The position numbers were made by a program, and so were the translations under genes. A DNA stretch of 64,000 nt from Verrucomicrobiia bacterium (lineage in GTDB: Bacteria > Verrucomicrobiota > Verrucomicrobiia > Limisphaerales > JAYPXF01), in assembly GCA_016779125.1 (NCBI GenBank), contig JADHOF010000001.1:120-64119 (forward strand). Reading direction: 5' to 3'. Under the pieces are notes generated by a model, which saw only the letters and a list, made by a program, of their open reading frames with translations, was not told the DNA's origin and did not search any database. Positions 20,901 to 28,257 of the stretch are shown in pieces. Numbering within the stretch: position 1 is the stretch's first letter; every line of letters begins with the position of its first letter.

Positions 20901-21919
20901 CCTGGGTCTTCATCACCGACCGCGAGGAAGGCCTGGTCATGAACACGGTGGGCACGCTGGTGGACGGCGATCCGAGCAACAACTTCCTGGACAAGGAAAA
21001 AGTCATCCGCTTCAACCCGGACAACCGGCTCAAAGGCGCGATGCATTCCTACATGGCCGGCACAAACCTCTTCCTCGTCGCGGACAAGGGACTCTTTGTT
21101 CTCGGACTCAGCAACACGGAACTGACCGCCCCCACGATCAACGCCGAACTCACCACCGGAGAATTCACCCAGCCTCGCGCCGTCGGCGTGCAGTTCCGCT
21201 ACGCCTTCGTGACGGACGCGGAGGGTTTCAAGATCGTCGACATTTCAACTCCGACAAAACCGCGCGCGATCCCGTCGGCGACCATTCCGCTGAAGAACGC
21301 GGGCCGCTTCTACCTGGCCCGCAACTTCGCCTGCGTCGCCAACGGCCCGGAAGGCCTCGCGATCATCGACATCACCAACCCGGAAAAACCGCGATTGCAC
21401 GAGATGTTCAACGCCGACGGGCAACTGAACGACACACGCGCGGTGCAGATCGGCTCGGTAAACGCCTCGATGTACGCCCTCGTCGCCGATGGTCGCAACG
21501 GGCTGCGCGTCCTCCAGATGATCTCCCCGGCGAACGTGCCGAACTACATGGGATTCCAGCCCGCGCCGAAACCGACCTTGATCGCCACCTACCCGACCCA
21601 CGAGCCCGCGGTCGCGGTTTCCCGGGGATTGGATCGGGATCGCGTCGTGGATGAAACCGGCAATCAGACCGTCGTGTTCGGACGCCGCGGTTCACGTCCC
21701 TTCAACCAATCGGAGGTGGCCAAGTTTCTGCGGCACGAATCGACGCCGGGGAGCGGCACGCATGACGGTCCATTGTTCTTTGTCGAAGACCTGAAAGGCC
21801 CGGGCCGCCGCATCAACCAGGCTGTGGCGAAGCCTCGCGATTTCCCGAGCGAAGAAGAACCCTCCCTGATAGCGCCGGCCAACGATCGACTGGTCCGGCG
21901 CGGTCGCCTGAATCCCTGA
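17939..21919 (+). CDS. Multihaem (10 x CxxCH) c-type cytochrome fused to an LVIVD-repeat-like beta-propeller
   Basis: Signal peptide MKLARALITALALLIPGTFVAAEE. The ten motifs are CLECH, CTDCH, CGLCH, CTACH, CMNCH, CVDCH, CIDCH, CQICH, CFGCH and CTECH (nt 18131-20344). The C-terminal repeats are GFRVFDVANI, GFKIVDISTPTKP, GLAIIDITNPEKP and GLRVLQMISP. Confidence 0.85.
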   Translation: MKLARALITALALLIPGTFVAAEETGYGPPISVATTAPPAKTKTLPPPNWIDQSRDEARRKSAGCLECHVGLDAHTMHTSPNVVLGCTDCHGGNATPGLTLRKAHVTPRHPELWPGSANPNNSSVILNHESPEFIQFVNPGDLRVAEKACGLCHQKEIRDVSHSMMRHGAMLWGAALYNNGGFPHKNYRYGQAYAEDGTALRLINRLISTNSNGEIVNPITPKMTLEYGILPYIDPLPRFVIGQPSNILRIFERGGEKPLELGIPNIFEPPGRPLRRLSDRGLGTLNRIDPVYLNLQKTRLHDPVLDFMGSNNHPGDYRSSGCTACHVIYANDRSPSNSGWYSKYGHQGLSFSGDQAIRKDERGHPIKHEFTRSIPSSQCMNCHMHQGNLFVNPFLGYTWWDQESDAKFMYPNPRNPLADAPHFRGTKERSAFTEQKNPTDEEMVENIVKNPEAAAARGLWGDLDFLEKVAELNPKLKETQFADYHGHGWVFRAVFKKDREGNLRDIDDQLIPQDDEHKFAKAVHLKDIHLAKGMQCVDCHFKVDAHGDGMLYGEPRAATSIECIDCHGTVNERPTLRASGNGGKYLTNDRGVDLAATSTPWGPRFVWEGAKLVQQSSMSPDMRWEIPQTIDVVNPRHPKYNEKARYAKTLRRDGETWGDVPAKNECPEALAHDNGNISCQICHSSWATSCFGCHLPMKANQRTALNKFEGMTTRNFTSYNPQVVRDDVFQLGIDATYKSNRVAVLRSSSAVVVGSQNQNREWIYSQQQTVSAEGYSGQAYNPHFPHTTSGRGTTKNCTECHLSKANDNNAWLTSLLGFGTGTVNFFGRFAWVGAGKDGLHGVAWTEREEPQAAIGSHLHKIAYPDNYLKHLEKTEQLDEAYHHPAEEILDLTLRGEYLYTANGPGGFRVFDVANIDQKGFSERIVTAPVSPLGQRTYLKTKYATSVTLPSTLGIDPLRSRMTNDHDHPDFGKIGNDNQEQPISLIYAWVFITDREEGLVMNTVGTLVDGDPSNNFLDKEKVIRFNPDNRLKGAMHSYMAGTNLFLVADKGLFVLGLSNTELTAPTINAELTTGEFTQPRAVGVQFRYAFVTDAEGFKIVDISTPTKPRAIPSATIPLKNAGRFYLARNFACVANGPEGLAIIDITNPEKPRLHEMFNADGQLNDTRAVQIGSVNASMYALVADGRNGLRVLQMISPANVPNYMGFQPAPKPTLIATYPTHEPAVAVSRGLDRDRVVDETGNQTVVFGRRGSRPFNQSEVAKFLRHESTPGSGTHDGPLFFVEDLKGPGRRINQAVAKPRDFPSEEEPSLIAPANDRLVRRGRLNP

Positions 21920-21924
21920 GTGCG

Positions 21925-23184
21925 ATGCGCAAACGCCTTCAAATCTTGATCACGCTCCTGCTGCCCATGCTGGCGGCCGGACAGGATCAGGTCCGCACCG
22001 TCGCCGGATTCGCCGGAGAGCCGGGAACCCTTGATGGCGTCGCGGCGACGGCACGCTTCAACGACCCGGCCGGAATCGCGATCGGCCCCGACGGCACCGT
22101 CTTTGTCGCGGACAGCCGCAACCATGTCATCCGCGCCGCAACCCTCGCGGGCGTGGTGACGACGCTGGCCGGCGAGGCGGGAGAAATCGGATCAAGCGAT
22201 GGCGTCGGCTCCACCGCGCGCTTCAATCATCCCACCGGCATCGCCGTGAGGCCGAACGGATCAATCGTCGTCAGCGACACAGGCAATCACACACTCCGCC
22301 AGATCACCACGAACGGCTCCGTCACCACACTCAGCGGATTCGCCGAATCGGCCGATCACGTTGACGGGCCGGCTGCGGCCGCGCGCTTCCGTTCCCCGCT
22401 CGGTCTCGCCCATGCACCCAACGGCGATCTCTACATCGCGGACTGCGGCAACCATGTGATTCGGCGGCTCGACGGCACCGGCCGTGTCACCACTTTCGCC
22501 GGCCGCGCGGAGATCTGGGGAATGCAGGACGGCACCGGCACCAACGCCACATTCAACAGCCCGCTTGGGCTTGCCTTTGATTCTCAAGGAAATCTCTTCG
22601 TCAGCGACGCGAACAATTTCGTCATTCGAAAGATTTCATCGAGCGCCCAGGTCCGTCTCTTCGCGGGCGATCCGGGCAGGGATGGAATCCGCGACGGAGC
22701 AGACGCCCGATTCGGTAAACCAGCCGAGTTGGTCATTGATGCGCACGACAACCTCTACGTCGCCGACTCACTCAACCACGTCGTCCGACGCGTTCGGCCG
22801 GACGGCTTTGTCAGCACCGTCTCCGGTGTCATACGTGCGTCAGGCGTGACGGACGGACTGAACGGAGCCGCCCGGTTCTTCAACCCCTACGGCCTTGCCA
22901 TGACGGCCACGGGACGCCTGCTCGTGTCCGATTCCTACAATCAAACCCTCCGCGAAATCACCGCTCCGTTCACCCTTGCCTACCTCACAGGCGAAAATCA
23001 GATCGTTCTGACCTGGAACACGGTGCTTGGCGAACGCTACCGGGTCGAGCGCGCCTCAACGCTCTCACCGGACCAATGGGTGCCCCTTGGGGAAATCCAA
23101 AGTGCGACCGACCTTTCGACAAGCTTCACCAATTCATTGCCGGTGGGAGATGCCGCCTTTCTCCGGGTCGTTCGTCTCCCCTGA
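21925..23184 (+). CDS. Secreted NHL-repeat beta-propeller protein with a C-terminal beta-sandwich-like tail
   Basis: Signal peptide plus six repeats of the type F(N)xPxG(I/L)Axxxx G.(L/I)(Y/F)(V/I)(A/S)D..NH.(I/V)R. Confidence 0.8.
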   Translation: MRKRLQILITLLLPMLAAGQDQVRTVAGFAGEPGTLDGVAATARFNDPAGIAIGPDGTVFVADSRNHVIRAATLAGVVTTLAGEAGEIGSSDGVGSTARFNHPTGIAVRPNGSIVVSDTGNHTLRQITTNGSVTTLSGFAESADHVDGPAAAARFRSPLGLAHAPNGDLYIADCGNHVIRRLDGTGRVTTFAGRAEIWGMQDGTGTNATFNSPLGLAFDSQGNLFVSDANNFVIRKISSSAQVRLFAGDPGRDGIRDGADARFGKPAELVIDAHDNLYVADSLNHVVRRVRPDGFVSTVSGVIRASGVTDGLNGAARFFNPYGLAMTATGRLLVSDSYNQTLREITAPFTLAYLTGENQIVLTWNTVLGERYRVERASTLSPDQWVPLGEIQSATDLSTSFTNSLPVGDAAFLRVVRLP

Positions 23185-23194
23185 CACTTGCGAC

Positions 23195-23226
23195 AAAAAA
23201 ACCCGCGACCGAAGCCGCGGGTTTTC
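23195..23226. terminator. Bidirectional intrinsic terminator between convergent genes
   Basis: AAAAAA-ACCCGCG-(accgaagc)-CGCGGGT-TTTT. The 7-bp GC stem is extended by A/T pairs, with an A-run on one side and a T-run on the other. Confidence 0.6.
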
Positions 23227-23254
23227 GAGTTTGGAATATTGAGAGATCCGCGCC

Positions 23255-24604
23255 TTAGACGATCTTGCGCTTCCAGATCTTGTCGCCGGGAACGGGAATC
23301 GGGTACTCGCCGTTCTCGTCCGGACCGGTGGGCGGTTTCGAATCCCATGTGATGCTTTCAGGCATCAGTTGCACCTTCGAATTCAAGGCCTGTTCCCAGG
23401 TCACTTCGCCACCGGTGTAAGTCGCCATACGTCCCAAGATGGACGTCAGCGTGCTCTTGGCGCCGTAGTAGGCCTCATTGTAAGGCTCGTTGTGACGGAT
23501 CGCGGCGAACAGGTCGTCATGCTCGATCTGATAAGGGCTCTTCTCGTCGCGGTCCTTCTTGTAACGCCAGTTGCCGCCCTTGCCGAAAATCTGGTGGGCA
23601 CCGATGTCAGCGTGGCCCGTCGCCCCTTGCACGTGCTCGGAAACGGAATTCCAGCAGCCGCGAATGTGACGGCATTGGCTGAACAACCACGAGCCGTCAG
23701 CGTATTGGTACTCGACCGCGTGGTGGTCGAAAATCTCGCCATACTTCTTATCGGTGCGGACCTGACGGCCGCCCATGCCCCGGGCGAGGACCGGAAATCC
23801 GTCCTTCAACCAGTTGATGACGTCGAGATTGTGGATGTGCTGCTCGGTGATGTGATCGCCACACAGCCAGTTGTAGTAGTACCAGTTGCGAAGCTGGTAT
23901 TCCAATTCGGTCTTGGCCTGTTCGCGGGTGGCGCGGGGATCCCACACGCCGCCGCCGTTCCAGTAGGCGCGCATCGAAACGAGATCGCCGATGGCACCAT
24001 CTTTCAGACGCTTGATCGTCTCGATGTAACCCGGTTGATGATGGCGTTGGAGACCGACACCGACCTTGAGGCCCTTCTTGTCGGCTTCCTTGGCGACTTC
24101 CAAGACCTTGCGGACACCCGGCCCGTCGACGGCGACCGGCTTCTCCATGAAGACGTGTTTGTTCTGACGGATGGCTTCCGCAAAATGGTAGGGGCGGAAT
24201 CCGGGAGGCGTGGTGAGAATCACCAGATCAACCTGCTCGATGACCTTTTTGTAGGCGTCCGGGCCGACGAAACGGTTCTCGTCCGGCACATCGACCTGTT
24301 TTTCGCTCTGTTTCTTGAGCAGGGCATGGCGCTCGTCGAGCTTGTCCTTGAAGACGTCGGCCATGGCGACGAGCTTGACGCTTTCACCCGTGCTGAGCGC
24401 CTGCGACGCGGCGCCGGTGCCACGACCACCGCAACCAACCAGACCAATCTTGATGGTGTCTCCCGGCGAGATCGCCGCGTGGGCGAATCGCTCAATCGGC
24501 AGCGCGCTCAGAGCGGCTCCCGCGACGGCGGTTTTGGTGGTGTTGCCGACAAACGCGCGGCGGTTCAACGAATCACTCTTGGGGGTTTTCTTTGATTCTT
24601 TCAT
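23255..24604 (-). CDS. Gfo/Idh/MocA-family oxidoreductase with Tat signal
   Basis: SLNRRAFVGNTTKTAVAGAALSAL followed by the Rossmann motif IGLVGCGGRG. Confidence 0.9.
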   Translation of the reverse strand: MKESKKTPKSDSLNRRAFVGNTTKTAVAGAALSALPIERFAHAAISPGDTIKIGLVGCGGRGTGAASQALSTGESVKLVAMADVFKDKLDERHALLKKQSEKQVDVPDENRFVGPDAYKKVIEQVDLVILTTPPGFRPYHFAEAIRQNKHVFMEKPVAVDGPGVRKVLEVAKEADKKGLKVGVGLQRHHQPGYIETIKRLKDGAIGDLVSMRAYWNGGGVWDPRATREQAKTELEYQLRNWYYYNWLCGDHITEQHIHNLDVINWLKDGFPVLARGMGGRQVRTDKKYGEIFDHHAVEYQYADGSWLFSQCRHIRGCWNSVSEHVQGATGHADIGAHQIFGKGGNWRYKKDRDEKSPYQIEHDDLFAAIRHNEPYNEAYYGAKSTLTSILGRMATYTGGEVTWEQALNSKVQLMPESITWDSKPPTGPDENGEYPIPVPGDKIWKRKIV

Positions 24605-24706
24605 TTGTGATCGATTTACAATTCTTCCGTGCTGGGTTTCGAACGCGAACGCCGTGAACGGGAGGGACGGCAGTAAATGTCATCCCCCGAACGGTGTCCA
24701 CACTCT

Positions 24707-26431
24707 TTAATTCTCCACCGGTCGGCCGCCGTTCCAGTAGTCGTGTAGCGTCGCGGCATCATCGACCTTGAGCGGGATGATCATGCGGAAACCCAGAAAC
24801 TGGGCGTCCGTGTGATACCAGATGCTCTTGGGCAATTGCGGATCTTGGACCTTCCAGTTTTCCTCCGATGAAATCCGGGCGGCACTGCGGGCCATATCTT
24901 TCGGATGATCCCAGGAACCTCCGCGCACGGCACGGGGATACAGCTTGGTGGGACGGTTGTAAGGATTGTCCACCGCCTTGAGCAGGCCTTGATAGTTCGG
25001 CTCATAGGCGTCCATCACCCATTCGGCGACATTGCCGTGCATGTCATGCAGCCCCCATGGATTGGGTGCCTTCGTGCCGACCTTCTGATACTTGAATTCT
25101 CCGTTGTCCTCATACCACGCGTATTCGCCGATCAGGGAGGGATCGTCGCCCCAGGAGTAGGCGGTGGTGGTGCCGGCACGGCAGGCATATTCCCATTCCG
25201 CCTCGGTGGGCAGACGCAGGTAGTAACCCGTTTTGGCACTCATCCATTGACAATATTTCCGGGCCGCGTGCTGCGTCATGCTGATCGCGGGAAAGCCGTC
25301 CTTGCCCATGCCAAAACTCATTTCAACGTAGGGTTGTGTCGGCCGCGCGACAGCGTCGGAAACCGCGTCAATCTTCGGGTCGGTCGGCATGAAATCCTTG
25401 TACTTCCGTTCCTCGTCGCGATACATGAACAGTTCGAACTCGGTCCAGGTGACCTCAAATTTACCCATCCAGAAGGGCGCGATCTTGACTTTGCGTTGAG
25501 GGCCCTCGTCGTCCTTGCGATTGGCTTCTCCCGCGGGACTGCCCATCAGGAACTCACCGCCCGGAATCGGCACCATGGTGAAGGTGATCTCCGTGCCGGG
25601 AATCGCGATTTTCAACTCTTTCATCTCGGCTTCAGTCTTGGCGGGAAGCTTGGCGAGAATCATTTCACGGATCTTCGCGATGGTCGCCCCCTCATCCGAG
25701 TCGGACCCGACCGCCTTCTTCTTCGGCTCCAGCTTCGCGTCCTTCGGCATCCATGCCCCTTGCGAAATCCAAAGTCGGATGATTTCGATTTCCTCCTTGG
25801 GCAACGGACCGCCCTTCTTTTTCGGCGGCATCAGCAGATCATCATCCTCGGCAAGGGTCATTGTCGTGTAGACCCAGCTCTTGTCCGGGTGTCCGGGAAC
25901 GACGCCCGGACCACTCTCGCCACCTTTGAAAAGATCGGAGCCGTTGTCCATCCGAAGCCCGCCCTTGTCGTGATCCTCCCGGTGACAGGCAACACAGTTG
26001 AACTCAAGGATGGGCTGCACGTCCTTGACGAACCGGGCCTTCTTCTGCGCCGCCAGCTTCGCGTCCGCAGGCCAGTCCGCACCCTCGGCGATCCAGCGGC
26101 TCAACAGATCGATCTGCGTTGAATTCAAAAGCCCTTCCTTGGTCGGCGGCATGACGTCGTCATCGTCCTCGCCAAGCTTGCAAAGTTCCAGGAAGACGCT
26201 GTCACCCGGCTTGCCGGCGTTGATGATTTCGGGGTCGTCGAAGGCCTGCGTCCTGGTCTCCAGGCTGAACTTGCCCTTCGGCTTCGCCCCGCCGTGACAG
26301 TTCACGCAGTGGACCTCCAACAAGGGCTTGATCTCGGAGGTGAAATCAACCTTCGCGGCCTCGGTCGTGACCGGCAAAAGCAGGCTTCCGCCCAGCATTG
26401 TGGCGGCCAAAATTCCTTTTCGGTTTCTCAT
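24707..26431 (-). CDS. Two PSCyt1-type (planctomycete cytochrome c) domains fused to an FGE/SUMF1-type (formylglycine-generating-enzyme-like) domain
   Basis: CVNCHGG...MPP...WIAEGADWP and CVACHRED...MPP...WISQGAWMP, then WGLHDMHGNVAEWV and RGGSW. The ATG at 26431 gives a signal peptide. ORF-track start 26473 is a TTG. Confidence 0.85.
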   Translation of the reverse strand: MRNRKGILAATMLGGSLLLPVTTEAAKVDFTSEIKPLLEVHCVNCHGGAKPKGKFSLETRTQAFDDPEIINAGKPGDSVFLELCKLGEDDDDVMPPTKEGLLNSTQIDLLSRWIAEGADWPADAKLAAQKKARFVKDVQPILEFNCVACHREDHDKGGLRMDNGSDLFKGGESGPGVVPGHPDKSWVYTTMTLAEDDDLLMPPKKKGGPLPKEEIEIIRLWISQGAWMPKDAKLEPKKKAVGSDSDEGATIAKIREMILAKLPAKTEAEMKELKIAIPGTEITFTMVPIPGGEFLMGSPAGEANRKDDEGPQRKVKIAPFWMGKFEVTWTEFELFMYRDEERKYKDFMPTDPKIDAVSDAVARPTQPYVEMSFGMGKDGFPAISMTQHAARKYCQWMSAKTGYYLRLPTEAEWEYACRAGTTTAYSWGDDPSLIGEYAWYEDNGEFKYQKVGTKAPNPWGLHDMHGNVAEWVMDAYEPNYQGLLKAVDNPYNRPTKLYPRAVRGGSWDHPKDMARSAARISSEENWKVQDPQLPKSIWYHTDAQFLGFRMIIPLKVDDAATLHDYWNGGRPVEN

Positions 26432-26555
26432 GATTGCGGGCGTGGACGCTATGAACTCGGGGATTCTTTGCAAAGCACAAGTTCAGGACGTCCGCCGCGC
26501 TCCGCAAATTTACCCGTCCGCACGTTTTTTCCGAAAACGCGGAAGGGCCGGCTCC

Positions 26556-26876
26556 CTAGTTTCCCGTCCGATTGGTCTGCGGCGGGTCGAAGCGGATGAT
26601 GAACTCGTCCGGTTTGCCGAAGCCCAGCTGCTCGCGGGCGCGACGTTCGATCGCCTCGGGATCCGTCTGCAACGCGGTGATCTCGCGCTCCATCCGTCGA
26701 CCGGCCGCCTCCTCTTTCTGGATCGCGGTCTCCAGCTGGAGATTCAGTTCTCGATAGCGTTGATTCTGCTTGAAGAGCGGCACGTAAAACTGCGCCAGGA
26801 GAAGCACCAGGGCGACGAGGAGGCAGACCAGCAATCCCTTCGTCAGTATGTCGAGTATGCCCATATTCGGTTTCAT
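26556..26876 (-). CDS. ftsB: Septum formation initiator (FtsB/DivIC family)
   Basis: Single TM helix followed by a coiled coil, ending in DPEAIERRAREQLGFGKPDEFII. The start is placed downstream of the preceding gene's stop. Confidence 0.7.
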   Translation of the reverse strand: MKPNMGILDILTKGLLVCLLVALVLLLAQFYVPLFKQNQRYRELNLQLETAIQKEEAAGRRMEREITALQTDPEAIERRAREQLGFGKPDEFIIRFDPPQTNRTGN

Positions 26877-26916
26877 CCCGCCGAGGAAGCCACTAAACGG
26901 AAACGCCCCCGCAACT

Positions 26917-27264
26917 TCAACGGTAAACTGCTTTCCAGCTTCGCAGGACACCCTCCGAATCGAACGTGAAGCGTATCAAGCGATCGGGAAATTCAATCGA
27001 CTGCCCGAAGGTTGTGAAACCACCCGGATAGGTTTGATAGGTCGACATCCAATTCCCGCCCCGCTTCTGGAGCCAATCGCCGACCCGGCTCCGGTCCGAG
27101 AGCGAGGTTTCCCGTTCCGGCGGTCCCATGTCGCGCACGATGTCATCGTAGGTGGCGACACCGACCCGGGCGTCCCACGCGGCGTTTTGCCGTGTGGCAC
27201 AACCGGAGATTGCGAGTCCCGCAAGAAGGCAGACGACGGACAGGAGACAGTTACGCGTTTTCAT
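26917..27264 (-). CDS. Small lipoprotein (possibly BamE/SmpA_OmlA-like)
   Basis: Lipobox LLAGLAISGC. It is 115 aa and has a weak BamE-like layout. Confidence 0.55.
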   Translation of the reverse strand: MKTRNCLLSVVCLLAGLAISGCATRQNAAWDARVGVATYDDIVRDMGPPERETSLSDRSRVGDWLQKRGGNWMSTYQTYPGGFTTFGQSIEFPDRLIRFTFDSEGVLRSWKAVYR

Positions 27265-27267
27265 ATT

Positions 27268-28257
27268 TCAAGCTCGTGGATGCGCCTGATCGTAGGCCTT
27301 TTTCAATCGATCCGTGGTGAGGTGGGTATAGACCTGCGTGGTGGCCAGATTCGCGTGCCCCAGCATCTCCTGCACGCTACGCAGATCCGCGCCCGCGTCC
27401 AGCAGATGAGTCGCGTAACTGTGACGCAGCTTGTGCGGGGTGATGGCCGGATCCAGTCCCGCTGCGACCAGATATCGCTTGAGCCGTGTCTGCACAAGAA
27501 CCGGATAAACGGGCTTGTCCGGCTTGGGGCGCGCGAAAAAAACGGGCAAATCCCCTCCGGGCGTGAAGGACAAAGCCTTCCAATAGGCCTCAATCGCGTT
27601 CAGCGCCGGTTGCCCGATCGGCACAAGCCGCTCTTTCTTGCCCTTTCCGCGCACCCTCACGATCTGCTCGCCCCAAAAAAGATCCTCCGCCAACAAACCG
27701 CACAATTCGCTCACACGGAGTCCGCAGGAATAAATTGTCTCCTGAATCGCCGCGTCTCGAAGGAACGGCAGGGGATTCACCTCCTTCTCGGAACGTCGGG
27801 TCAACTCTTCCAATTCCCTCGTCGGTGCCGACATCAGGGCATGCACCTGCTCCGGCGTCAGAAATCGCGGCAGCCGTTTTTCAAGCTTGGGCACGGCGAT
27901 GTTCCGGATCGGGGTCAGCTCCACCACCCCACGCCGAACCAAGAACCGATAGAAGGAACGAAGCGCGCTGAAGCGCAATTGAATGGCCGCCCGTTTCAAT
28001 TCCCGTCGGCTCAGATATCGAAGGTACGCCCGAAACCGGTCTCGCTCCAAGGTACGCCAGTCCGGTTTCTGATCCGTCTGCGAAAGGTGCCATTCACAAA
28101 ACTCCCCCAGCGCGTGCCGATAGTTTCGAATCGTGTATTTGGACGCGCCTTTCTCGTTGCCCATGTAGGCGAGAAAATCCGCCACCAGCGGATCATCCAC
28201 ATTTTCATCGGCCGCGTTCATCGTGTGAGGATACGCCTGACTCGCCGGCTTGTCCAA
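27268..28257 (-). CDS. Tyrosine recombinase, XerC/XerD family
   Basis: N-terminal SAM-like domain, catalytic region GLRVSEL and HKLRHSYATHLLDAGADLRSVQEMLGHANLATTQVYTHL. The start may be 28221. Confidence 0.9.
   Translation of the reverse strand: MDKPASQAYPHTMNAADENVDDPLVADFLAYMGNEKGASKYTIRNYRHALGEFCEWHLSQTDQKPDWRTLERDRFRAYLRYLSRRELKRAAIQLRFSALRSFYRFLVRRGVVELTPIRNIAVPKLEKRLPRFLTPEQVHALMSAPTRELEELTRRSEKEVNPLPFLRDAAIQETIYSCGLRVSELCGLLAEDLFWGEQIVRVRGKGKKERLVPIGQPALNAIEAYWKALSFTPGGDLPVFFARPKPDKPVYPVLVQTRLKRYLVAAGLDPAITPHKLRHSYATHLLDAGADLRSVQEMLGHANLATTQVYTHLTTDRLKKAYDQAHPRA

Noticed and set aside
17780-21046. ORFs of 667 aa and 416 aa on the - strand opposite the cytochrome gene
   Set aside because: The + strand frame carries ten CxxCH motifs, a signal peptide and propeller repeats. 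The minus-strand products are low-complexity shadows.
23369-26122. ORFs of 408 aa and 405 aa on the + strand opposite the Gfo/Idh/MocA and PSCyt-FGE genes
   Set aside because: They are antisense shadows. The minus-strand proteins have clear family signatures.
26474-26555. An imperfect hairpin CACGTTTT-ttccg-AAAACGCG as a terminator for ftsB
   Set aside because: The stem has a mismatch and there is no U-run on the relevant strand, so it is too weak to call.
27268-28257. The tyrosine recombinase as a marker of an integrated mobile element
   Set aside because: There are no flanking phage, IS or conjugation genes, and I saw no tRNA or direct repeats. It sits in a tight operon with ftsB and housekeeping-type genes, which is consistent with a chromosomal XerC/D.
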